A stretch of 64,000 nt of DNA from a virus, in IMG/VR virus record IMGVR_UViG_3300008952_003529; one strand, given 5' to 3'. The notes under the pieces were generated by a model. It had not been told where the DNA came from and made no database searches. It was given only the letters and a program-made list of their open reading frames with translations. The first letter of the stretch is position 1, and the number at the start of each line of letters is the position of its first letter. Below are positions 1 to 9,526 of the stretch, in pieces. The position numbers and the translations under genes were made by a program.

Positions 1-327
1 AATATAACATGGGGAAAGTCTGTTGACAATCTCAAATTATCTCATAAGTTCAATGGCGATCTTTTAGAGCTTCGGTTTGATAGTATCGTTCATTTTGCTG
101 CTGAACAAGCCCTACGAAGTCAAGTTACGAACCTCAGAGAGATATCAAATGATATTTTCACTGATGGTGTGAAGAAGATCAAGGCTGATTTTAAAGACGC
201 CGCCGATAGGACGTTGAAGGTGTCTGAGCTTTCTAGAAATGATACTATAGAAATGGTTCAAGCCACCTCCAATTCTCCCCGAAAGGTTGCGTATTATCGG
301 GCTTTTTTAACATTGCAAGTAAGTTAA
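1..327 (+). CDS. 3' end of a hypothetical protein (partial, runs off the window start)
   Basis: Frame 1 is open from base 1 to TAA at 325-327 (NITWGKSVDN...YYRAFLTLQVS*), ending 9 nt before the terminase ATG. Confidence 0.75.
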   Translation, partial: NITWGKSVDNLKLSHKFNGDLLELRFDSIVHFAAEQALRSQVTNLREISNDIFTDGVKKIKADFKDAADRTLKVSELSRNDTIEMVQATSNSPRKVAYYRAFLTLQVS

Positions 328-336
328 CGATGTTGA

Positions 337-1932
337 ATGCCTCCTTTATCCAAACAGAAACAAGTCGCTGAAATTGTAAAGTGCGGTAAAGATCCTGCGT
401 ACTTTATAAATCGATACGTCCAAATTCAGCATCCGATACGCGGGCGTATTCCATTTCACACATTCCCATTTCAAGATGATTGTTTAGTCCACTTTAATGA
501 TCATCGCTTCAACATAGTCGTTAAGTCACGCCAGCTTGGGTTGTCAACCTTGACAGCTGCATATGCTGTGTGGATGACAATGTTTAGAAAAGATAAGACT
601 GTCTTGATCATAGCTACTAAGCTGGCAGTTGCTCAAAACTTTATTAAAAAAGTAAAGATAGCGTTAAGTGGAATCCCTAAGTGGATGTGGATTACTGAAA
701 TAACCGCAAAGAATACACAAGCGATTGAGTTTTCGAATGGTTCAATGATTAAGGCTATTCCTACCTCTGAAGACGCCGGCCGCTCCGAAGCATTAAGCCT
801 ATTGATTGTTGATGAAGCTGCCTTTATTCGTAATTTTGATGAACTATGGAAGGGCCTGTATCCTACACTGTCCACAGGTGGTAGAGCGATTGTTGTTAGC
901 ACGCCTAATGGAACGGGTGGTCAATATTATGACTTATGGAAACAAGCTGCTGAAGGAACGAATGAATTTAATCCCATAAAATTGCCTTGGGATGTGCATC
1001 CAGAGCGAGACGATGAGTGGTTTAATAAAGAATCGTTAAACATGAATAAGCAGCAGATCGCTCAAGAGCTGTTATGCGATTTTCAAGCATCAGGAAACAC
1101 TTTTCTATCAATTGAGGAGATAGAGAAATTACGTTATAAAGTTCGCACGCCGCTCGAGAAGTGGGGTCCGGAAAATAATGTATGGGTATGGAAATATGCG
1201 CTAGAGGATCATGAGTATGTAGTCTCTGCCGACGTTTCGAGAGGTGATGGAAAAGATTATTCTACTTTCCATGTCATTGATACAACAGTGTCAGAGGTGG
1301 TCGCTGAATTTCGTGGAAAGGTACCTCCAGATCAATTAGCATATTTGTTAATAGAGGCAGGTAGAAGGTATCATGAAGCCATGCTTTGTCCTGAAAGCAA
1401 TACATTCGGATACGCTGTTTTAATGAAGCTACAAGAATTAGGGTATAGAAACATTTATTTTTCCAAAGAAAAGGATAAATTTAACGCATTATATGGCACG
1501 GGTCCAATTGGTAAGGCAGGGTTTTCGACTCAAGGCGGCAGTCGTGCTAAAATTCTCACTAAGTTAGAAGAGATGATTAGAAACGAAAAAGTTGATGTAT
1601 ATTCACAAAGACTGGTTGATGAGCTAAAGACGTTTGTGTGGACTAACGGAAAAGCTCAAGCTCAGCGTGGGAGAAATGACGATCTTGTAATGTCTTTTGC
1701 CATTGGTCTTTGGCTTTACGACGGAGACTCTCATTCTTCAAAGAAGACAGTGGATATCAACAAAGCGATGTTGCAGGCATTTGCAATTAATAAAAAAGAA
1801 GAGCACCCAAAACGAAACATGTCCAATTTTGCTCAGCAGGTCGGGATGTTTACCGCTCGTGGTTGGCCTATAGCTGTGGATGAAGAGCATCCTGCAGTAT
1901 CTGGCTCTGTGGATTTCAGTTGGTTGCTTTAG
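337..1932 (+). CDS. terL: Terminase large subunit (T4 gp17-like)
   Basis: Walker A region VVKSRQLGLS, Walker B LLIVDEAAF, coupling motif VVSTPNG, nuclease motifs VSADVSRGDGKDYS and NDDLVMS. Confidence 0.96.
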   Translation: MPPLSKQKQVAEIVKCGKDPAYFINRYVQIQHPIRGRIPFHTFPFQDDCLVHFNDHRFNIVVKSRQLGLSTLTAAYAVWMTMFRKDKTVLIIATKLAVAQNFIKKVKIALSGIPKWMWITEITAKNTQAIEFSNGSMIKAIPTSEDAGRSEALSLLIVDEAAFIRNFDELWKGLYPTLSTGGRAIVVSTPNGTGGQYYDLWKQAAEGTNEFNPIKLPWDVHPERDDEWFNKESLNMNKQQIAQELLCDFQASGNTFLSIEEIEKLRYKVRTPLEKWGPENNVWVWKYALEDHEYVVSADVSRGDGKDYSTFHVIDTTVSEVVAEFRGKVPPDQLAYLLIEAGRRYHEAMLCPESNTFGYAVLMKLQELGYRNIYFSKEKDKFNALYGTGPIGKAGFSTQGGSRAKILTKLEEMIRNEKVDVYSQRLVDELKTFVWTNGKAQAQRGRNDDLVMSFAIGLWLYDGDSHSSKKTVDINKAMLQAFAINKKEEHPKRNMSNFAQQVGMFTARGWPIAVDEEHPAVSGSVDFSWLL

Positions 1933-1950
1933 GTTTAGATGGAAGGTTAG

Positions 1951-3939
1951 ATGGCAAATAAGGGAAACATATTTCAGAGGCTAACAAGTCTTTTTAGGGC
2001 CGGCCCAGTTGTTAAGCGTAAGGTTCGGATGCAAACGCCCGGCGCTTCCTCCTCTGCTGCCCAGCTTTTTAAGCGGGCTCACAATGACGTCTATAATACG
2101 ACATTAAGTGCGTATGGTTCCTTCGACCGGATGTCTCGGTACTCTGATTTTGCAGAGATGGAAGCTACACCAGAAATTGCTTCTGCTCTTGATATCTATT
2201 CTGAAGAAACGACTAGTCCTGATGAACACGGACGCGCGCTCCATATTTTTTGTGAAAATGATATTCAAAAAGAGCTTTTAGAAACGCTTTTTTATGATAC
2301 TCTAAATGTTGAGTTTAACCTTGTAATGTGGGTACGAAATCTTTGCAAATATGGCGATTTTTTCCTGTTCAACGATATCGATCCTGAGTTTGGTGTTGTT
2401 AACGCTTTCCCAATTCCTATTTCGGAAATGGAGAGAGAAGAAGGTTTTGATCCAGAAAATCCCGGTGCAGTAAGATTCCGGTGGCTCACACAGGGAAACA
2501 GTGTATTAGAGAACTGGCAAATAACACACTTTCGCTTGCTGGGGAATGATGCATTTTTGCCTTATGGGTCCTCTGTTCTAGAATCGGCTAGAAGAATTTG
2601 GCGACAGCTTATCCTTATTGAGGATGCAATGCTAGTTTATCGAGTAATTCGTGCTCCTGAACGACGAGTATTTTATATTGATGTTGGTAACGTTCCACCG
2701 GAAGATGTTCCAAATTATTTAGAGCAAGCAACTAGCACATTAAAAAGAGCTCCAGTTATTGATAAAGACAATGGAAAAGTTGACTTGCGTTATAACCCTC
2801 TTTCGGTAGACGAAGACTACTTTATTCCTGTACGTGGTGGGGACAGTGGTACAAAGATCGACACCCTCGCCGGGGGCCAGAATACAGCAGCAATCGAAGA
2901 TGTTGAATATATTCAGAAAAAATTATTTGCTGCGTTAAAAATTCCTCGAGCATATCTTGGTTATGATGAAGACGTCGGAGCGAAAGCGACACTCGCACAA
3001 GAAGACATCCGGTTTAGCAGAACAATTCAGCGAATTCAGAAAACAGTAATCGCCGAATTAAACAAAGTCGCTATGATCCACCTCTTTGTGCATGGATACG
3101 AGGGTGAAGACTTAATTGACTTTGAGCTTAAACTTTCCAATCCATCTTCTGTGGCTCAATTGCAAAAACTTGAATTAATATCAACCCGTTTTGATATTGC
3201 TGGCAAGGTTCCCGAGGGAATGCTTGATAGACGGTGGGTTCAGAAAAATGTTCTTGGTCTAACAGACAAGGTTATCGATGAAATTAATGAAGGTAGAAAA
3301 GAAGATAAGGTCCTCGATGCAGATGTCGAAGCCGCCGCCGCAGGTGGCGAAGGCGGTGACATGGGTGGTGGCGACATGGGTGGAGGAGATATGGGCGGTG
3401 GTGAAGAAGCCGGTGGTCTGTTCGCAGCAGATGAGCCACACGGTCCACTCTTAACAGCCCTACCCGGTGATGGGAACAAGCAAGCCGAAGAAGAAGAAGA
3501 AGAAGATGATGATATTGATATAAGCGCTCTTTCGATTGATGATCCAGATGCTCCCTTGAAAGCCCAGTCATCAGTTAAGAGAGTTTTCGGGAAGCCAACT
3601 CCCGGAACTAAAGCAAAGAGAGGGCCACTAACGACTCAAATGCCAGACTTTAAGAAGATGGTAACCCATTCCCGACCACAGGACTCTTTAAGAAAACCAT
3701 ACGGTGAAGATTATCTTCGACCTGCATTCGAGGGCATAGAATGGGATGAGCGAGATACTTACGATAGTATGTCAAGATCTACTAGACCAATGATGACACC
3801 AGAGATGAGGAGCGCAATGCAATCGCTCTCCTCGATTTTAACTCCTGAAGGTGGCGTGCTGTTGTCAGAAGCAGCCGAAAATGAGGAAGAAATATTCGAC
3901 CTCGATGAATACGATACCGGAGACATAGATGAAAGTTAA
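1951..3939 (+). CDS. Portal protein (T4 gp20-like) with a long acidic, Gly-rich C-terminal tail
   Basis: gp20-type motifs EDAMLVYRVIRAPERRVFYIDVGN, EDYFIPVRGG, IDTLAGGQN and DVEYIQKKLFAALKIP; directly follows terL. Confidence 0.95.
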   Translation: MANKGNIFQRLTSLFRAGPVVKRKVRMQTPGASSSAAQLFKRAHNDVYNTTLSAYGSFDRMSRYSDFAEMEATPEIASALDIYSEETTSPDEHGRALHIFCENDIQKELLETLFYDTLNVEFNLVMWVRNLCKYGDFFLFNDIDPEFGVVNAFPIPISEMEREEGFDPENPGAVRFRWLTQGNSVLENWQITHFRLLGNDAFLPYGSSVLESARRIWRQLILIEDAMLVYRVIRAPERRVFYIDVGNVPPEDVPNYLEQATSTLKRAPVIDKDNGKVDLRYNPLSVDEDYFIPVRGGDSGTKIDTLAGGQNTAAIEDVEYIQKKLFAALKIPRAYLGYDEDVGAKATLAQEDIRFSRTIQRIQKTVIAELNKVAMIHLFVHGYEGEDLIDFELKLSNPSSVAQLQKLELISTRFDIAGKVPEGMLDRRWVQKNVLGLTDKVIDEINEGRKEDKVLDADVEAAAAGGEGGDMGGGDMGGGDMGGGEEAGGLFAADEPHGPLLTALPGDGNKQAEEEEEEDDDIDISALSIDDPDAPLKAQSSVKRVFGKPTPGTKAKRGPLTTQMPDFKKMVTHSRPQDSLRKPYGEDYLRPAFEGIEWDERDTYDSMSRSTRPMMTPEMRSAMQSLSSILTPEGGVLLSEAAENEEEIFDLDEYDTGDIDES

Positions 3940-4783
3940 GCACAATAAGAAAAGGAATGTCGGCATTCTTTTTTCGCAATTATCAGAATATATTTCGAGC
4001 GCCCTCGTTGAGGGGCGTGAAAAAGATGCCCACATCGCGCTTGGAATTCTTAAGAAGCACTTTGCAAAAGGGTCGCAGCTGCACAGGGAGTTTCGCCTTT
4101 TTCGAGCGCTGGTTACCACATCAGTCCCAAGTTCTTCACTGGCTGTATCTATAATAAGTGAAGCACGAAATGCTTCTAGAAATATGGACGTCTCAAAATT
4201 AAGGCAAGAAAAATCTGCCCTAATCAAAGACATCAATTATAAGATTGCCGAGGAGGGCTTCTACACAAGACGTGTTATTGAATATAAGGCTTTTGCAACT
4301 GTCCAGACATTATTAAATAATTGGCGTCGCAAAGAATCCGATATTGATGTTACCACGAAGTTTGAAGCATCTCTCCATGAGCATCTCTTAAGAGAAAAAG
4401 CGGTAGTAAACTTAAGCTCTATGTCTACACCCGACGTTAATCGTTTGACGGTACAGATAATGCAGGAAAAACTTCAAGAAAAATTCGGACAGATCTTAAA
4501 TGAACAGCAAAATCTTTTATTAAAGCAATACGTGTTTTCAATGCAGTCAAATTCAAAAGACCACTTATTGGCTTCGATGCAGAGAATAAAAGAAGAAACA
4601 CGCAAATCATTAAACACCTTTGAGAATAAATGCTCAAATATAGTACTAAAAGAACAGCTGGCGGGGGTTCAACAAAAAATTGATATACTTCCCTCAGACA
4701 GAGTAGATGACTCTATCATATCACAATACTTAACTCTAATGAAGCTCGTGGAAGAGCTTGTTCCTGGAGACAAAAATGGCTGA
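3929..4783 (+). CDS. Hypothetical head-module protein (KHNKKRN N-terminus)
   Basis: 284-aa ORF overlapping both the portal and the protease genes; helical, no catalytic motif recognised. Confidence 0.8.
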   Translation: MKVKHNKKRNVGILFSQLSEYISSALVEGREKDAHIALGILKKHFAKGSQLHREFRLFRALVTTSVPSSSLAVSIISEARNASRNMDVSKLRQEKSALIKDINYKIAEEGFYTRRVIEYKAFATVQTLLNNWRRKESDIDVTTKFEASLHEHLLREKAVVNLSSMSTPDVNRLTVQIMQEKLQEKFGQILNEQQNLLLKQYVFSMQSNSKDHLLASMQRIKEETRKSLNTFENKCSNIVLKEQLAGVQQKIDILPSDRVDDSIISQYLTLMKLVEELVPGDKNG

Positions 4784-5393
4784 TTTAAAGCTTTTGACAG
4801 AATGGGCCCCATTTGAGTATACGAAAGAGCTTGTAGAGCAATCGAAGCTGGAAAATGATGGTAAGATAGTAATGAAGGGTGTTTTACAAAAGTCGGATAC
4901 GTTAAACCAAAATGGTCGTATCTATCCTCGAGCTATTTTAGATCGAGAGGTAAGAAATTATCAAAAATTTATTCAGGAGAACCGAGCGCTTGGGGAGTGC
5001 GACCACCCTGAAAGCTCGGTTGTTGAATTAAAAAATGCATCTCACATCGTAAGAGAAGCGTACATGGATGGAGACATATGCTATGGTCTTGTAGAGCTCT
5101 TAGACACCCCCGCTGGTAGAATACTACAGAGTCTTGTAGAAGCAGGGGTCACATTGGGCATCTCCAGTCGCGGTGTTGGTTCGACAAAAAGAAACGGTGA
5201 CACCGACGTTGTACAAGATGATTTTCAATTGATTTGTTGGGATTTCGTTTCAGAGCCTTCTACTCCAGGAGCATTTATGATGCGTGAGGGCCGGGTTGTG
5301 AATCAGAGCGAATTGAGTTCGGTATTTAACAAATCTGACAGAATCCACAGAATATTCAATGAAATACTAGAGTGGGGAGAAGATAATGAGTAG
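4776..5393 (+). CDS. Prohead core protease (T4 gp21-like)
   Basis: Motifs NQNGRIYP, ALGECDHP, GISSRGVGS and WDFVSEPSTPGA. Start moved to the ATG at 4776, which follows a GGAGA Shine-Dalgarno. Confidence 0.95.
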   Translation: MADLKLLTEWAPFEYTKELVEQSKLENDGKIVMKGVLQKSDTLNQNGRIYPRAILDREVRNYQKFIQENRALGECDHPESSVVELKNASHIVREAYMDGDICYGLVELLDTPAGRILQSLVEAGVTLGISSRGVGSTKRNGDTDVVQDDFQLICWDFVSEPSTPGAFMMREGRVVNQSELSSVFNKSDRIHRIFNEILEWGEDNE

Positions 5394-5916
5394 TCGATGG
5401 AACAATCCGGGCCCAGGGTTTGCTGGTGCGTATCAAGTAAGCGGTATTCCCTATGTCACATCATCAAATCATGGTGAATTAAGCGCCACGTCCGCAAACG
5501 TAGTTCAGATTAGTTTCCCCCGTGTTACTCGCTGGTTTGAGATCGCTTGTAGCGGATCCACGGATGCTAATTCTCATTTACGCTTGGGTTTTTCAGAAAA
5601 TGGTGTTAAGGGTGTCGGTGCCGTTACAAGTTCGGTATACACTGGTGTGATTAATGAGTTTGGTACCGAAGTTTGGGATACCACGTCCCCACGTCCGACA
5701 GCTGCGCAATTGGAAAATACACATAAGAATTTTTTCGTCGTTGGTGCGTCGACTGGCGTCGGTGCTACTTCTCGATTTGAAATGGCATGCACTGATTTAT
5801 TTTTAAGGGCAGACGGCGCCGGAGACACTGGGTTTACAATTATTGCTGGGCTGACATCTATTGCGAGAACAACACTTAATCTTACAGGCTCTACTGGCTT
5901 CCACGGAGTTGGATAA
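5386..5916 (+). CDS. Hypothetical protein, probably virion structural (Gly/Ser/Thr-rich, beta-rich)
   Basis: Overlaps the gp21 stop; begins with a GAYQVSGIPYVT motif; lies inside the head gene block. Confidence 0.7.
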   Translation: MSSRWNNPGPGFAGAYQVSGIPYVTSSNHGELSATSANVVQISFPRVTRWFEIACSGSTDANSHLRLGFSENGVKGVGAVTSSVYTGVINEFGTEVWDTTSPRPTAAQLENTHKNFFVVGASTGVGATSRFEMACTDLFLRADGAGDTGFTIIAGLTSIARTTLNLTGSTGFHGVG

Positions 5917-6362
5917 TGGCGAAGGTAACTAGAGACCACTTGAAGGCTCTTGTAAAAGAATGCTTATTTGAAATTTTGCTAGATGCTAGTGACACAAACG
6001 AGGTGATACAAGAAAGTAATACTTCGAAGCTTGTGGGTAGGTCCCGAAAGCTTTCCAGGAAACCGAAGGCAAGATCTCTTCATCCATCATTAGACAATAC
6101 GAGTTATGGAAAAAAGCAGCCTGAAAAGCCAGCGCCCCGCGTAAATACCCAAGCAATAACCAGTGATCCTATAATGTCTGCAATCTTCGAAGACACAGCG
6201 GCAACAACGCTGCAAGAGCAGGCCGCAGCAGAGCGTGGAAGGCCAATTGCTGGCGGCGATGCAGCTGCATTGATGGCTTCAAACAATGACCCCACCGACC
6301 TATTCGGTGAATCATCGCAGAATTGGGCAGCACTAGCTTTTAGTGATTCACCCAAAAAATGA
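5916..6362 (+). CDS. Hypothetical head-module protein
   Basis: 148-aa ORF coupled by a TAATG overlap; N-terminal amphipathic helix HLKALVKECLFEIL. Confidence 0.75.
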   Translation: MAKVTRDHLKALVKECLFEILLDASDTNEVIQESNTSKLVGRSRKLSRKPKARSLHPSLDNTSYGKKQPEKPAPRVNTQAITSDPIMSAIFEDTAATTLQEQAAAERGRPIAGGDAAALMASNNDPTDLFGESSQNWAALAFSDSPKK

Positions 6363-6410
6363 TAACAAACTACTCGAGCGAAATAAGTAATATTATTCCG
6401 GAGGATTGAA

Positions 6411-6686
6411 ATGGCAAAGTCCAAGAAACTTACACCCGCACTTCTTAGAAAGTTAGTGCTTCAAGAAAAAAGAAGAATTAGAGAAACTCTAGAGTCTGGC
6501 ACTTTAGGAGATGTTGATAAAGTGAAGGCTGATGAAGTTGAAGCTGATGAATATGCTAACTCTCTCGAGAAAGATATTGATTGGATGAAGGCTCTTAAAA
6601 TTCACGAACGACGATTAAAGATCAAATTAAAGAAGATCCAGGAAAACCGCGCGAAGCTACGTAGAAGAATCACTAAAAAACTTTAA
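6411..6686 (+). CDS. Hypothetical head-module protein
   Basis: 91 aa; GGAGG Shine-Dalgarno; N-terminal LLRKLVLQEKRRIRE and a basic C-terminal coiled coil. Confidence 0.75.
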   Translation: MAKSKKLTPALLRKLVLQEKRRIRETLESGTLGDVDKVKADEVEADEYANSLEKDIDWMKALKIHERRLKIKLKKIQENRAKLRRRITKKL

Positions 6687-6698
6687 AGGAACAAGAAC

Positions 6699-7181
6699 AT
6701 GCCCACACACAAACAAGGAATGGTAGAATCAGTTGTAACCACCAATGGGTCGGGGACTTCTGGAACTGAGACGATCAAGGCTAGCTTTCCCGCTTCGCCC
6801 ATATATCTTGGTGAAATGACGGATACCACCGTCAAAGAGCAAGCTCAAGAGCTTTTACTCGACGGCGTTGTAAATGACGGCGGACATACATTTGGTGAAT
6901 TTGATCGTGATTATGTCAATGCGCCCAACTACGGAGACGTTGAGGTTGGCGGCGGTGGTCTACCAGGCTCGCCATGGACACCAAACCCTGTATCACCTGG
7001 ACCTGGAAGTATGAATCCAACCGATCAAGCGGATCCGCCTGATGGCTGGGGTCAAACTCCAAATGCCCAGTGGGGTGGTGGTGTTGGTTCTCAACTTGAG
7101 CCTTCCGAGGCGTCAGCAGCACAATCGGCTACAAAGTTAGGTGATTATTCCCTAGGGAAAGCATCTGGCGACGCGGCATAA
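6699..7181 (+). CDS. Hypothetical Gly/Pro-rich head-module protein
   Basis: 160-aa ORF with an AAGGA Shine-Dalgarno, tightly packed in the head block. Confidence 0.75.
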   Translation: MPTHKQGMVESVVTTNGSGTSGTETIKASFPASPIYLGEMTDTTVKEQAQELLLDGVVNDGGHTFGEFDRDYVNAPNYGDVEVGGGGLPGSPWTPNPVSPGPGSMNPTDQADPPDGWGQTPNAQWGGGVGSQLEPSEASAAQSATKLGDYSLGKASGDAA

Positions 7182-7187
7182 ATTATA

Positions 7188-7766
7188 ATGAATGGATCAG
7201 ATCTTCCTGTAAGTATTGGTCGCCGCTCTGGACGGAGCTACGATACGAACAAAGGGTTCGGCTACGGAAGAACGTCTGACCGTTTTCATAAGCCCCGAAT
7301 GAAGGGCGGAAATTTTCCATATTCTGCGCCAGTTGAAACCGACGAGCCATTAACGGATGAAGATGAAGAGATTGCAAAGAAAGTCGTTAACAAAATGCGT
7401 GGTGGAGCAGACCATAGAGATCACCTTTCCAGTCGCGCAGCAGATCACTTCACCTTTCAAGGCGGGAATATGCGGGTTGGCATAGCGAATGAAGCCACTG
7501 CCGGAACCGGAATGGTACCTTTCCCGCGCATGTATAAAAGAAATAGGATACAAGTTGGTGGCGGGGTTAATAGTCCAATGGCGTTCACTCCGGGTAGCGC
7601 ACTACAAACCGGAACAGAGCGAGGATGGGCTCACGCACCAATTCCACCGGCGAATGCCAATGATGAGATAACGTTTTCAGAGCTTGAGACTGGTGAAGAC
7701 CCGTCAATTCTTAAATTAAGAAAGGTAATTAGTAGTATCTTGAAGCAAGAAAAGGAAAATGAATAG
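7188..7766 (+). CDS. Hypothetical head-module protein
   Basis: 192-aa ORF starting 6 nt after the previous stop; C-terminal ILKLRKVISSILKQE helix. Confidence 0.72.
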   Translation: MNGSDLPVSIGRRSGRSYDTNKGFGYGRTSDRFHKPRMKGGNFPYSAPVETDEPLTDEDEEIAKKVVNKMRGGADHRDHLSSRAADHFTFQGGNMRVGIANEATAGTGMVPFPRMYKRNRIQVGGGVNSPMAFTPGSALQTGTERGWAHAPIPPANANDEITFSELETGEDPSILKLRKVISSILKQEKENE

Positions 7767-7796
7767 CGAAGGGGAGTAATCTTCTTTTTTCATTGC

Positions 7797-7804
7797 ATAT
7801 TTAA
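7797..7804 (+). promoter_or_regulatory. Putative late-promoter motif ATATTTAA upstream of the scaffold-capsid operon
   Basis: One of 10 intergenic ATADTTAD copies, each 13-41 nt before a start codon; the others are at 11995, 15267, 18459, 21578, 23337, 23641, 37868, 52356 and 53707. Confidence 0.6.
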
Positions 7805-7827
7805 AATGTGCGCTAAGGAATGATATA

Positions 7828-9498
7828 ATGTCAACAAATCTTTACATGGAAGCGATTCAGGAGGCTCAAGAGCTCAAAGCTATGGCCGAACAGAGCGCAA
7901 AAAACAAGATTATTGAAGCACTCACACCCAAAATCCAGGCGATGGTTGAAGCACAGCTTCTTTCTGAGCAGGTCGAAGATGTTGAAGTCGAAGAAGTAGA
8001 CGGAGAAGACTGGGAAGCAATGGATGCCCCAGTTGATGACGTCGAGATCGTTGACATGTCAATGGATTCACTACTACCTGCTGAGGAATTAGCGGCTCCC
8101 GATGAACTGGTCGACGATGAAGATGCCGTCGAAGTAGATAATGAAGCTCAAGTGGTAGTAAATGCCCAGGGTGACGTTTCTGTAAACGTATCTGAAAATT
8201 CTTCTCTCTCACGAGAGAGCGTCAATGCCATGAACAGGTTGCGACGCAACTCTAAGTCTTCCAAAGGAAGTAAGCTCACAGAAAGAAATGTGCGGCTTCG
8301 GAGGAAGGTTAGGAGAATGGACGCATTGTTGGAGGGCATTGAATATCGTCAATTGTCTTCGCAGCAACGTGCTGTAATTAAAAAGTCATATGCAAAACTT
8401 TTAAACGAAATGATCAAATTGCGTAAAGAATCAATAGTTAGTTCTAATCGCAACGAGAAAAAGGTTCGTCTTGCAATTTTCGAAACATTAAAGGAGATGA
8501 AAACAATGACTGATCGACGAAGCCGCGCCATCTTCAACCGCCTTTTTGAAGCTGGTGTCGACGAATTAGATGAAATGGAAATCGTTCTTTCCGACGACGA
8601 TCTTTTGGGTCTCGGAGTGGAAGAAGAAGTGCTCGAGGATGAGGAAGCCTTAGACCTGGATGCACTCGCCGCCGATGTGGAAGTATCATGGGCTGGCGCA
8701 GAGGAAGAAGCCGAAGGCGAAGCCCTTGAAGATGAAGGGTTGGAGCTTGAGGATGAGGGCGAGGCCCTTGAAGATGAAGGTGAAGCTGAAGAGCTTGACC
8801 TTGGAGAGGTCTATGAGATCGATCCCCGTATGTTGAAGATGGAGCTTCGTAAGCTTCGTCAGAGACGTCGTCTTGCCGAACAGGAAGTTGGAAGAGCCGC
8901 TGCGGCCGATCCGGCACTTGCTCACGGTGGCGATGACGAGGGTGATGTCATTCTTGATGTCAACGAAGATGACCTTATTAATGCTTTAGCTGATGAGCTT
9001 GGTGACCCTGGTGTTCCTACACCTGATGTTGGCCCCCGACCTTCTGCAGGTGATGCAATGCCTGAGTCCTACAAGCGTAGACTCCGTAGACGCCGTGTTG
9101 CTGAACAGCGCCGTCGTCAAGCATCTGCCGGCAGACGAACTCGTCGAAACCCCAAGACAGTTGCTGAGAACCGAGTTCTCAAGCGCAAGCTGTCTGAAAT
9201 GAATCTTTTTAACGCAAAACTGCTTTACGTGAATAAACTGATGCAAAATCGTAATGTAAGTTCTAAGCAGCAGCGTGCCATTGTCGAGGCTTTAGATAGT
9301 GCCAAGACTGTTAGAGAGGCCAAGCTTGTTTATGACAGCTTGACTCGCTCACTCAAGAAGCGGTCCCTTTCTGAGGGATCAACCGGAAGAAGAGTCCTTG
9401 GATCTTCATCTAGACCTACTCGCCGAGGCAGTTCATCTGCTTCTGAGTCGGGACAGACTGATCGTTGGGCAGTTCTCGCCGGAATTAACAACAAGTAG
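7828..9498 (+). CDS. Prohead scaffold/core protein (T4 gp22-like)
   Basis: Immediately upstream of the MCP; very acidic and coiled-coil; conserved-looking C-terminal segment MNLFNAKLLYVNKL. Confidence 0.8.
   Translation: MSTNLYMEAIQEAQELKAMAEQSAKNKIIEALTPKIQAMVEAQLLSEQVEDVEVEEVDGEDWEAMDAPVDDVEIVDMSMDSLLPAEELAAPDELVDDEDAVEVDNEAQVVVNAQGDVSVNVSENSSLSRESVNAMNRLRRNSKSSKGSKLTERNVRLRRKVRRMDALLEGIEYRQLSSQQRAVIKKSYAKLLNEMIKLRKESIVSSNRNEKKVRLAIFETLKEMKTMTDRRSRAIFNRLFEAGVDELDEMEIVLSDDDLLGLGVEEEVLEDEEALDLDALAADVEVSWAGAEEEAEGEALEDEGLELEDEGEALEDEGEAEELDLGEVYEIDPRMLKMELRKLRQRRRLAEQEVGRAAAADPALAHGGDDEGDVILDVNEDDLINALADELGDPGVPTPDVGPRPSAGDAMPESYKRRLRRRRVAEQRRRQASAGRRTRRNPKTVAENRVLKRKLSEMNLFNAKLLYVNKLMQNRNVSSKQQRAIVEALDSAKTVREAKLVYDSLTRSLKKRSLSEGSTGRRVLGSSSRPTRRGSSSASESGQTDRWAVLAGINNK
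8716..8780 (+). repeat. Two 23-nt in-frame direct repeats (GEALEDEG) in the scaffold gene
   Basis: ggcgaagcccttgaagatgaagg at 8716-8738 and ggcgaggcccttgaagatgaagg at 8758-8780. Confidence 0.8.
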
Positions 9499-9526
9499 AC
9501 GCTAATTTCTAAAGGAGAAAACAAAA

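Noticed and set aside
4758-4775. Upstream start codons in the ORF track for gp21 (4758), RNR (42693) and the methyltransferase (47137)
   Set aside because: Downstream ATGs at 4776, 42732 and 47188 have Shine-Dalgarno sequences and avoid long overlaps with the preceding genes.
7768-7790. Possible terminator before the scaffold gene
   Set aside because: Only a 4-bp stem (GAAG/CTTC) with a long loop before the T run; too weak to call.
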